The notes under the pieces: model-generated | Databases searched by the model: none | The model's input: the letters and a program-made list of their open reading frames with translations, nothing else | Told to the model about the DNA's origin: nothing | From: Auanema rhodensis | Taxonomy: Eukaryota > Animalia > Nematoda | Direction: 5' to 3' | DNA: 64,000 nt | NCBI GenBank assembly: GCA_964057225.1 | Contig: CAXKVF010000074.1 | Coordinates: 558,001-622,000, forward strand | Shown here: positions 44,501 to 55,900 of the stretch, piece by piece | Layout: each line of letters opens with the position of its first letter | Position numbering within the stretch: the stretch's first letter is position 1 | Position numbers and translations under genes: made by a program

Positions 44501-47500
44501 CACGTGAAAGATAAAGAGATGCGGTTTTCAAAATTAGATTCCCCATGTCCATATTAGTCTAAAAACAAATTTTTATTGATATTGGTGCATGGTAACCATG
44601 ACTTTGAATTTTACGTGAACTTTAATTTATGCTAATTGAATGTACACGTGATGTGCACTTGGTATGTAACTCGCTTCACGTGAAAGATAAAGAGATGCGG
44701 TTTTCAAAATTAGATTCCCCATGTCCATATTAGTCTAAAAACAAATTTTTATTGATATTGGTTCATGGTAACCATGACTTTGAAATTTACGTGAACTTTA
44801 ATTTATGCTAATTAAATGTACACGTGATGTGCACTTGGTATGTAACTCGCTTCACGTGAAAGATAAAGAGATGCGGTTTTCAAAATTAGATTCCCCATGT
44901 CCATATTAGTCTAAAAACAAATTTTTATTGATATTGCTTCATGGTAACCATGACTTTGAAATTTACGTGAACTTTAATTTATGCTAATTAAATGTACACG
45001 TGATGTGCACTTGGTATGTAACTCGCTTCACGTGAAAGATAAAGAGATGCGGTTTTCAAAATTAGATTCCCCATGTCCATATTAGTCTAAAAACAAATTT
45101 TTATTGATATTGGTTCATGGTAACCATGACTTTGAAATTTACGTGAACTTTAATTTATGCTAATTAAATGTACACGTGATGTGCACTTGGTATGTAACTC
45201 GCTTCACGTGAAAGATAAAGAGATGCGGTTTTCAAAATTAGATTCCCCATGTCCATATTAGTCTAAAAACAAATTTTTATTGATATTGGTGCATGGTAAC
45301 CATGACTTTGAAATTTACGTGAACTTTAATTTATGCTAATTAAATGTACACGTGATGTGCACTTGGTATGTAACTCGCTTCACGTGAAAGATAAAGAGAT
45401 GCGGTTTTCAAAATTAGATTCCCCATGTCCATATTAGTCTAAAAACAAATTTTTATTGATATTGGTGCATGGTAACCATGACTTTGAAATTTACGTGAAC
45501 TTTAATTTATGCTAATTAAATGTACACGTGATGTGCACTTGGTATGTAACTCGCTTCACGTGAAAGATAAAGAGATGCGGTTTTCAAAATTAGATTCCCC
45601 ATGTCCATATTAGTCTAAAAACAAATTTTTATTGATATTGGTTCATGGTAACCATGACTTTGAAATTTACGTGAACTTTAATTTATGCTAATTAAATGTA
45701 CACGTGATGTGCACTCGGTATGTAACTCGCTTCACGTGAAAGATAAAGAGATGCGGTTTTCAAAATTAGATTCCCCATGTCCATATTAGTCTAAAAACAA
45801 ATTTTTATTGATATTGGTGCATGGTAACCATGACTTTGAATTTTACGTGAACTTTAATTTATGCTAATTAAATGTACACGTGATGTGCACTTGGTATGTA
45901 ACTCGCTTCACGTGAAAGATAAAGAGATGCGGTTTTCAAAATTAGATTCCCCATGTCCATATTAGTCTAAAAACAAATTTTTATTGATATTGGTTCATGG
46001 TAACCATGACTTTGAAATTTACGTGAACTTTAATTTATGCTAATTAAATGTACACGTGATGTGCACTTGGTATGTAACTCGCTTCACGTGAAAGATAAAG
46101 AGATGCGGTTTTCAAAATTAGATTCCCCATGTCCATATTAGTCTAAAAACAAATTTTTATTGATATTGGTGCATGGTAACCATGACTTTGAAATTTACGT
46201 GAACTTTAATTTATGCTAATTAAATGTACACGTGATGTGCACTTGGTATGTAACTCGCTTCACGTGAAAGATAAAGAGATGCGGTTTTCAAAATTAGATT
46301 CCCCATGTCCATATTAGTCTAAAAACAAATTTTTATTGATATTGGTGCATGGTAACCATGACTTTGAAATTTACGTGAACTTTAATTTATGCTAATTAAA
46401 TGTACACGTGATGTGCACTTGGTATGTAACTCGCTTCACGTGAAAGATAAAGAGATGCGGTTTTCAAAATTAGATTCCCCATGTCCATATTAGTCTAAAA
46501 ACAAATTTTTATTGATATTGGTTCATGGTAACCATGACTTTGAAATTTACGTGAACTTTAATTTATGCTAATTAAATGTACACGTGATGTGCACTCGGTA
46601 TGTAACTCGCTTCACGTGAAAGATAAAGAGATGCGGTTTTCAAAATTAGATTCCCCATGTCCATATTAGTCTAAAAACAAATTTTTATTGATATTGGTGC
46701 ATGGTAACCATGACTTTGAATTTTACGTGAACTTTAATTTATGCTAATTAAATGTACACGTGATGTGCACTTGGTATGTAACTCGCTTCACGTGAAAGAT
46801 AAAGAGATGCGGTTTTCAAAATTAGGATCCCCATGTCCATATTAGTCTAAAAACAAATTTTTATTGATATTGGTGCATGGTAACCATGACTTTGAATTTT
46901 ACGTGAACTTTAATTTATGCTAATTAAATGTACACGTGATGTGCACTTGGTATGTAACTCGCTTCACGTGAAAGATAAAGAGATGCGGTTTTCAAAATTA
47001 GATTCCCCATGTCCATATTAGTCCAAAAACAAATTTTTATTGATATTGGTTCATGGTAACCATGACTTTGAAATTTACGTGAACTTTAATTTATGCTAAT
47101 TAAATGTACACGTGATGTGCACTTGGTATGTAACTCGCTTCACGTGAAAGTTAAAGAGATGCGGTTTTCAAAATTAGATTCCCCATGTCCATATTAGTCT
47201 AAAAACAAATTTTTATTGATATTGGTGCATGGTAACCATGACTTTGAAATTTACGTGAACTTTAATTTATGCTAATTAAATGTACACGTGATGTGCACTT
47301 GGTATGTAACTCGCTTCACGTGAAAGATAAAGAGATGCGGTTTTCAAAATTAGATTCCCCATGTCCATATTAGTCTAAAAACAAATTTTTATTGATATTG
47401 GTGCAAGGTAACCATGACTTTGAATTTTACGTGAACTTTAATTTATGCTAATTAAATGTACACGTGATGTGCACTTGGTATGTAACTCGCTTCACGTGAA

Positions 47501-50279
47501 AGATAAAGAGATGCGGTTTTCAAAATTAGATTCCCCATGTCCATATTAGTCTAAAAACAAATTTTCATTGATATTGGTGCATGGTAACCATGACTTTGAA
47601 ATTTACGTGAACTTTAATTTATGCTAATTAAATGTACACTTGATGTGCACTTGGTATGTAACTCGCTTCACGTGAAAGATGAAGAGATGCGGTTTTCAAA
47701 ATTAGATTCCCCATGTCCATATTAGTCTAAAAACAAATTTTTATTGATATTGGTGCATGGTAACCATGACTTTGAATTTTACGTGAACTTTAATTTATGC
47801 TAATTAAATGTACACGTGATGTGCACTTGGTATGTAACTCGCTTCACGTGAAAGATAAAGAGATGCGGTTTTCAAAATTAGATTCCCCATGTCCATATTA
47901 GTCTAAAAACAAATTTTTATTGATATTGGTTCATGGTAACCATGACTTTGAAATTTACGTGAACTTTAATTTATGCTAATTAAATGTACACGTGATGTGC
48001 ACTTGGTATGTAACTCGCTTCACGTGAAAGATAAAGAGATGCGGTTTTCAAAATTAGATTCCCCATGTCCATATTAGTCTAAAAACAAATTTTTATTGAT
48101 ATTGCTTCATGGTAACCATGACTTTGAAATTTACGTGAACTTTAATTTATGCTAATTAAATGTACACGTGATGTGCACTTGGTATGTAACTCGCTTCACG
48201 TGAAAGATAAAGAGATGCGGTTTTCAAAATTAGATTCATCATGTCCATATTAGTCTAAAAACAAATTTTTATTGATATTGGTTCATGGTAACCATGACTT
48301 TGAAATTTACGTGAACTTTAATTTATGCTAATTAAATGTACACGTGATGTGCACTTGGTATGTAACTCGCTTCACGTGAAAGATAAAGAGATGCGGTTTT
48401 CAAAATTAGATTCCCCATGTCCATATTAGTCTAAAAACAAATTTTTATTGATATTGGTGCATGGTAACCATGACTTTGAAATTTACGTGAACTTTAATTT
48501 ATGCTAATTAAATGTACACGTGATGTGCACTTGGTATGTAACTCGCTTCACGTGAAAGATAAAGAGATGCGGTTTTCAAAATTAGATTCCCCATGTCCAT
48601 ATTAGTCTAAAAACAAATTTTTATTGATATTGGTGCATGGTAACCATGACTTTGAAATTTACGTGAACTTTAATTTATGCTAATTAAATGTACACGTGAT
48701 GTGCACTTGGTATGTAACTCGCTTCACGTGAAAGATAAAGAGATGCGGTTTTCAAAATTAGATTCCCCATGTCCATATTAGTCTAAAAACAAATTTTTAT
48801 TGATATTGGTGCATGGTAACCATGACTTTGAAATTTACGTGAACTTTAATTTATGCTAATTAAATGTACACGTGATGTGCACTTGGTATGTAACTCGCTT
48901 CACGTGAAAGATAAAGAGATGCGGTTTTCAAAATTAGATTCCCCATGTCCATATTAGTCTAAAAACAAATTTTTATTGATATTGGTGCATGGTAACCATG
49001 ACTTTGAAATTTACGTGAACTTTAATTTATGCTAATTAAATGTACACGTGATGTGCACTTGGTATGTAACTCGCTTCACGTGAAAGATAAAGAGATGCGG
49101 TTTTCAAAATTAGATTCCCCATGTCCATATTAGTCTAAAAACAAATTTTTATTGATATTGGTTCATGGTAACCATGACTTTGAAATTTACGTGAACTTTA
49201 ATTTATGCTAATTAAATGTACACGTGATGTGCACTTGGTATGTAACTCGCTTCACGTGAAAGATAAAGAGATGCGGTTTTCAAAATTAGATTCCCCATGT
49301 CCATATTAGTCTAAAAACAAATTTTTATTGATATTGGTTCATGGTAACCATGACTTTGAAATTTACGTGAACTTTAATTTATGCTAATTAAATGTACACG
49401 TGATGTGCACTTGGTATGTAACTCGCTTCACGTGAAAGTTAAAGAGATGCGGTTTTCAAAATTAGATTCCCCATGTCCATATTAGTCTAAAAACAAATTT
49501 TTATTGATATTGGTGCATGGTAACCATGACTTTGAATTTTACGTGAACTTTAATTTATGCTAATTAAATGTACACGTGATGTGCACTTGGTATGTAACTC
49601 GCTTCACGTGAAAGATAAAGAGATGCGGTTTTCAAAATTAGATTCCCCATGTCCATATTAGTCTAAAAACAAATTTTTATTGATATTGGTTCATGGTAAC
49701 CATGACTTTGAAATTTACGTGAACTTTAATTTATGCTAATTAAATGTACACGTGATGTGCACTTGGTATGTAACTCGCTTCACGTGAAAGTTAAAGAGAT
49801 GCGGTTTTCAAAATTAGATTCCCCATGTCCATATTAGTCTAAAAACAAATTTTTATTGATATTGGTGCATGGTAACCATGACTTTGAAATTTACGTGAAC
49901 TTTAATTTATGCTAATTAAATGTACACGTGATGTGCACTTGGTATGTAACTCGCTTCACGTGAAAGATAAAGAGATGCGGTTTTCAAAATTAGATTCCCC
50001 ATGTCCATATTAGTCTAAAAACAAATTTTTATTGATATTGGTGCATGGTAACCATGACTTTGAATTTTACGTGAACTTTAATTTATGCTAATTAAATGTA
50101 CACGTGATGTGCACTTGGTATGTAACTCGCTTCACGTGAAAGATAAAGAGATGCGGTTTTCAAAATTAGATTCCCCATGTCCATATTAGTCTAAAAACAA
50201 ATTTTCATTGATATTGGTGCATGGTAACCATGACTTTGAAATTTACGTGAACTTTAATTTATGCTAATTAAATGTACAC

Positions 50280-50291
50280 TTTTTTTTTTTT
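50280..50291 (-). other. Poly(A) tail (T12 on + strand; first 1-2 T may be target-derived)
   Basis: ...aatgtacac tttttttttttt aagtttg at the left junction. Confidence 0.92.
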
Positions 50292-50302
50292 AAGTTTGTT
50301 CG

Positions 50303-50308
50303 TTTATT
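50303..50308 (-). promoter_or_regulatory. Polyadenylation signal AATAAA of the LINE
   Basis: tttatt on the + strand, 11 nt from the poly(A) tract. Confidence 0.8.
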
Positions 50309-50436
50309 GATCTCACCACAGGTTATGACATAAATGTATCAACAACATGTGAAATGCTTAATGTAACCTTACAGTGGATAATTAAAAAAAGAAAAGACTG
50401 AGAAATGAAAAAGGCAGTGGAAGTGACCATATCAAC

Positions 50437-50467
50437 TATACACACACATATATGTATATATATATAT
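50437..50467. repeat. Compound (TA)n/(CA)n microsatellite in the LINE 3' UTR
   Basis: tatacacacacatatatgtatatatatatat. Confidence 0.85.
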
Positions 50468-50762
50468 TCATCTATATACGCTTATCTTAGATCTTATCAT
50501 AGCGAACTACTCTGATTGTGGGCAGGTGCGGTGGAACTCAAAAGAGAGTCAAGCCCGTTCTGAGCACAGTGTAGTGACTGCATTTTATTCGTACGACTAA
50601 TGTCTGTAAAATAAAAATGCAGGAAAATGTATGTGTACCAATAGGTCATTAACAAGAAATTGACAAAATATGATGAACAAATTATATAAATAATCAATGA
50701 GCTTATGGAAAAAAAGAAAGAAAAACAAGCTAATTTTTCTACTAAGACAAAATAAGAAAAAA

Positions 50763-52193
50763 CTAAACAGGGAACATAAATGTGTTCAAGGCTTTCCGAA
50801 AAACAGACAAATCATTGATACCAATTAGAATAGGATTGAGTGAATTCCAGATTTTGATTTGCCGGTTCTCAAAGCTTGAAAGGGCAGCTACAGTTTTGTA
50901 ATCCGGCGGCATCAGTATAAACTCATGTTGACGAAGAATATAGTTATGCTCTTTGGATCTAAGCACGGACTCATTAAGAATAGAGCCATTCTTTATGATT
51001 TTGAAATATTGACATAAGTCAGCTATAGTGCGTCTCGTTTCTAAACGCCTGCCTTGAAGGTGTTTGAGTTTATTATCATATCCGTGGATATCCATGGACG
51101 ATCGAAAAAAAATAGCATTAACATACCGTTTCTGAACATTTTCAACAAGTTGAATATCTTTTAGCAAAAACGGTGACCAGACTTCGGAAGCATATTCAAG
51201 AATAGGCCTAACGTAACAGGTGAACAATCTGAATAAGAGTTTGGGACAGGAAGAATTAAAACATCTAAGAATAAGCTTACAGCGTTTTGACGCCATGGAA
51301 GTGATGGAATGAATATGGGGGCGGAAAGATAAGTTTTTATCTATGATAACACCGAGGTCTTTGAAATTATCAACAATTTCAAGAGGAACATCATTGAGTA
51401 AAAACTGGCAATGAGAGTTATCATTACCGAGAATCATAATCTTCGATTTCTTGACATTAACTACCATGTCATTGAAATTGCACCAGAGAGAAAGAATGTG
51501 GAGAGAGCATTGTAAACTTTGATTTGATGAGGCAAAAAGTTTAATGTCATCAGCATAGGCAACAGCCTCAGTGCCACGATGAAAAGAGGAAATGAGATCG
51601 TTGATATATAGCAAAAAAAGTAGTGGTCCAAGAACTGTACCTTGAGGAACACCACACTCAATAACTTTGGGTTCAGACAAGGCATCTTCAAGAACAACTT
51701 CAAAAGAACGGTTGGAAAGAAAGTCTTCAAGAAAAAGAGCAAGAGATCCTGATATTCCGAAACTGTTCAATTTGCTGATCAGAATTCGATGATTAATTTT
51801 ATCAAAAGCTTTGGAAAAATCAATAAAAGCTACAGAAACATCCTTACGATATTCTTTGGCGATTCTCCACTGCGAGTGAGCTTTGAGAAGCGCAGTGCTA
51901 GTGCTACGCCCAGGTAAAAATCCATGTTGAGATGGTGAAATTAGCTTATTATCAAGTAAATGCTTGAGAATGTCTTTTCTGATAATGCGCTCAAACACTT
52001 TGGAGAGACAAGATGTGAGAGAAATGGGTCTATAGTTCTTAGGGTCATTTGAACATCCTGATTTATAAATAGGTTTGACCCATGCAGACTTCCAGCTTTT
52101 AGGACAGACCCCAAAGGATAAAAAACCATCAAAAAAGAATGTCAAAGGACGTACTATAGAAATCGCACACTTATTAAGAAAAATATAAGGTAT
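50763..52193 (-). pseudogene. Truncated LINE ORF2: reverse transcriptase plus C-terminal region (~476 aa), frame open but no native start codon
   Basis: Non-LTR RT motifs WKSAWVKPIYKSG, NYRPISLTS..SKVFE, QHGF..GRST, DFSKAFD, GVPQGTVLGPLLF, YADD (51546-51557) and DLGV. CR1-type C-terminal motifs VRPILEYASEVWSP, DL..YFKII and F.NR....WN.L. TAG stop at 50763-50765. The first 10 residues of the listed ORF (GTG start at 52223) are satellite sequence. Confidence 0.93.
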
Positions 52194-52999
52194 GATGTGC
52201 ACTTGGTATGTAACTCGCTTCACGTGAAAGATGAAGAGATGCGGTTTTCAAAATTAGATTCCCCATGTCCATATTAGTCTAAAAACAAATTTTTATTGAT
52301 ATTGGTGCATGGTAACCATGACTTTGAAATTTACGTGAACTTTAATTTATGCTAATTAAATGTACACGTGATGTGCACTTGGTATGTAACTCGCTTCACG
52401 TGAAAGATAAAGAGATGCGGTTTTCAAAATTAGATTCCCCATGTCCATATTAGTCTAAAAACAAATTTTTATTGATATTGGTGCATGGTAACCATGACTT
52501 TGAAATTTACGTGAACTTTAATTTATGCTAATTAAATGTACACGTGATGTGGACTTGGTATGTAACTCGCTTCACGTGAAAGATAAAGAGATGCGGTTTT
52601 TAAAATTAGATTCCCCATGTCCATATTAGTCTAAAAACAAATTTTTATTGATATTGGTTCATGGTAACCATGACTTTGAAATTTACGTGAACTTTAATTT
52701 ATGCTAATTAAATGTACACGTGATGTGCACTTGGTATGTAACTCGCTTCACGTGAAAGATAAAGAGATGCGGTTTTCAAAATTAGATTCCCCATGTCCAT
52801 ATTAGTCTAAAAACAAATTTTTATTGATATTGCTTCATGGTAACCATGACTTTGAAATTTACGTGAACTTTAATTTATGCTAATTAAATGTACACGTGAT
52901 GTGCACTTGGTATGTAACTCGCTTCACGTGAAAGATAAAGAGATGCGGTTTTCAAAATTAGATTCCTCATGTCCATATTAGTCTAAAAACAAATTTTTA

Positions 53000-55900
53000 T
53001 TGATATTGGTGCATGGTAACCATGACTTTGAAATTTACGTGAATTTTAATTTATGCTAATTAAATGTACACTTGATGTGCACTTGGTATGTAACTCGCTT
53101 CACGTGAAAGATGAAGAGATGCGGTTTTCAAAATTAGATTTCCCATGTCCATATTAGTCTAAAAACAAATTTTTATTGATATTGGTGCATGGTAACCATG
53201 ACTTTGAAATTTACGTGAACTTTAATTTATGCTAATTAAATGTACACGTGATGTGCACTTGGTATGTAACTCGCTTCACGTGAAAGATAAAGAGATGCGG
53301 TTTTCAAAATTAGATTCCCCATGTCCATATTAGTCTAAAAACAAATTTTTATTGATATTGGTGCATGGTAACCATGACTTTGAAATTTACGTGAACTTTA
53401 ATTTATGCTAATTAAATGTACACGTGATGTGCACTTGGTATGTAACTCGCTTCACGTGAAAGATAAAGAGATGCGGTTTTCAAAATTAGATTCCCCATGT
53501 CCATATTAGTCTAAAAACAAATTTTTATTGATATTGGTGCATGGTAACCATGACTTTGAAATTTACGTGAACTTTAATTTATGCTAATTAAATGTACACG
53601 TGATGTGCACTTGGTATGTAACTCGCTTCACGTGAAAGATGAAGAGATGCGGTTTTCAAAATTAGATTCCCCATGTCCATATTAGTCTAAAAACAAATTT
53701 TTATTGATATTGGTTCATGGTAACCATGACTTTGAAATTTACGTGAACTTTAATTTATGCTAATTAAATGTACACGTGATGTGCACTTGGTATGTAACTC
53801 GCTTCACGTGAAAGATGAAGAAATGCGGTTTTCAAAATTAGATTCCCCATGTCCATATTAGTCTAAAAACAAATTTTTATTGATATTGGTGCATGGTAAC
53901 CATGACTTTGAAATTTTCGTGAACTTTAATTTATGCTAATTGAATTTAGACGTGATGTGCACTTGGTATGTAACTCGCTTCACGTGAAAGATGAAGAGAT
54001 GCGGTTTTCAAAATTAGATTCCCCATGTCCATATTAGTCTAAAAACAAATTTTTATTGATATTGGTGCATGGTAACCATGACTTTGAAATTTACGTGAAC
54101 TTTAATTTATGCTAATTAAATGTACACGTGATGTGCACTCGGTATGTAACTCGCTTCACGTGAAAGATTAAGAGATGCGGTTTTCAAAATTAGATTCCTC
54201 ATGTCCATATTAGTCTAAAAAGAAATTTTTATTGATATTGGTGCATGGTAACCATGACTTTGAAATTTACGTGAACTTTAATTTATGCTAATTAAATGTA
54301 CACGTGATGTGCACTTGGTATGTAACTCGCTTCACGTGAAAGATAAAGAGATGCGGTTTTCAAAATTAGATTGCCCATGTCCATATTAGTCTAAAAACGA
54401 ATTTTTATTGATATTGGTTCATGGTAACCATGACTTTGAAATTTACGTGAACTTTAATTTATGCTAATTAAATGTACACGTGATGTGCACTTGGTATGTA
54501 ACTCGCTTCACGTGAAAGATAAAGAGATACGGTTTTCAAAATTAGATTCCCCATGTCCATATTAGTCTAAAAACAAATTTTTATTGATATTGGTGCATGG
54601 TAACCGTGACTTTGAAATTTACGTGAACTTTAATTTATGCTAATTAAATGTACACGTGATGTGCACTTGGTATGTAACTCGCTTCACGTGAAAGATAAAG
54701 AGATGCGGTTTTCAAAATTAGATTGCCCATGTCCATATTAGTCTAAAAACAAATTTTAATTGATATTGGTTCATGGTAACCATGACTTTGAAATTTACGT
54801 GAACTTTAATTTATGCTAATTAAATGTACACGTGATGTGCACTTGGTATGTAACTCGCTTCACGTGAAAGATAAAGAGATGCGGTTTTCAAAATTAGATT
54901 CCCCATGTCCATATTAGTCTAAAAACAAATTTTTATTGATATTGGTTCATGGTAACCATGACTTTGAAATTTACGTGAACTTTAATTTATGCTAAATAAA
55001 TGTACACGTGATGTGCACTTGGTATGTAACTCGCTTCACGTGAAAGATAAAGAGATGCGGTTTTCAAAATTAGATTCCCCATGTCCATATTAGTCTAAAA
55101 ACAAATTTTTATTGATATTGCTTCATGGTAACCATGACTTTGAAATTTACGTGAACTTTAATTTATGCTAATTAAATGTACACGTGATGTGCACTTGGTA
55201 TGTAACTCGCTTCACGTGAAAGATAAAGAGATACGGTTTTCAAAATTAGATTCCCCATGTCCATATTAGTCTAAAAACAAATTTTTATTGATATTGGTGC
55301 ATGGTAACCGTGACTTTGAAATTTACGTGAACTTTAATTTATGCTAATTAAATGTACACGTGATGTGCACTTGGTATGTAACTCGCTTCACGTGAAAGAT
55401 AAAGAGATGCGGTTTTCAAAATTAGATTCCCCATGTCCATATTAGTCTAAAAACAAATTTTTATTGATATTGGTGCATGGTAACCATGACTTTGAAATTT
55501 ACGTGAACTTTAATTTATGCTAATTAAATGTACACGTGATGTGCACTTGGTATGTAACTCGCTTCACGTGAAAGATGAAGAGATGCGGTTTTCAAAGTTA
55601 GATTCCCCATGTCCATATTAGTCTAAAAACAAATTTTTATTGATATTGGTGCATGGTAACCATGACTTTGAAATTTACGTGAACTTTAATTTATGCTAAT
55701 TAAATGTACACGTGATGTGCACTTGGTATGTAACTCGCTTCACGTGAAAGATAAAGAGATGCGGTTTTCAAAATTAGATTCCCCATGTCCATATTAGTCA
55801 AAAAACAAATTTTTATTGATATTGGTGCATGGTAACCATGACTTTGAAATTTACGTGAACTTTAATTTATGCTAATTAAATGTACACGTGATGTGCACTT

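Larger units (their letters stand above)
1..50280. repeat. 176-bp tandem satellite array, left arm (~285.7 monomers; continues beyond window start)
   Basis: Monomer caaaattagattccccatgtccatattagtctaaaaacaaatttttattgatattggt(t/g)catggtaaccatgactttgaaatttacgtgaactttaatttatgctaattaaatgtacacgtgatgtgcacttggtatgtaactcgcttcacgtgaaagataaagagatgcggtttt recurs at 1, 177, 353 and onward. 50280 = 285x176+120 and corresponds to monomer position 120, so there is no net indel. 56/176 bases are G or C. Confidence 0.99.
50292..50762 (-). other. LINE 3' UTR (~470 nt) with several predicted stem-loops
   Basis: Lies between the ORF2 stop and the poly(A) tail. Inverted repeats at 50316-50377, 50506-50575 and 50578-50622. 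Confidence 0.85.
50281..52192 (-). mobile_element. 5'-truncated non-LTR retrotransposon (LINE), CR1/L2 group, most likely CR1 clade; 1,912 bp
   Basis: RT ORF on the minus strand, followed by a 3' UTR, AATAAA and poly(A) (T-run on + strand). It interrupts a monomer between positions 120 and 121. No ORF1 or APE endonuclease domain is present. Confidence 0.96.

Noticed and set aside
50501-50580. tRNA- or SINE-derived segment, or hammerhead ribozyme
   Set aside because: No A/B boxes, cloverleaf or catalytic core consensus could be identified by eye.
50497-50697. 66-aa ORF in the LINE 3' UTR
   Set aside because: Low-complexity AT-rich translation with a non-ATG start and no recognisable motif.
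51461-52132. 93-aa and 63-aa minus-strand ORFs
   Set aside because: They are alternative-frame shadows inside the RT ORF with no independent support.
50270-52200. Conventional 7-20-bp target-site duplication
   Set aside because: Flanks join at consecutive monomer positions 120 and 121; at most one T could be duplicated within the T-run.
52194-52223. N-terminus MKRVTYQVHI of the 486-aa ORF as a real start
   Set aside because: It is reverse-strand satellite sequence beginning at GTG, outside the element.
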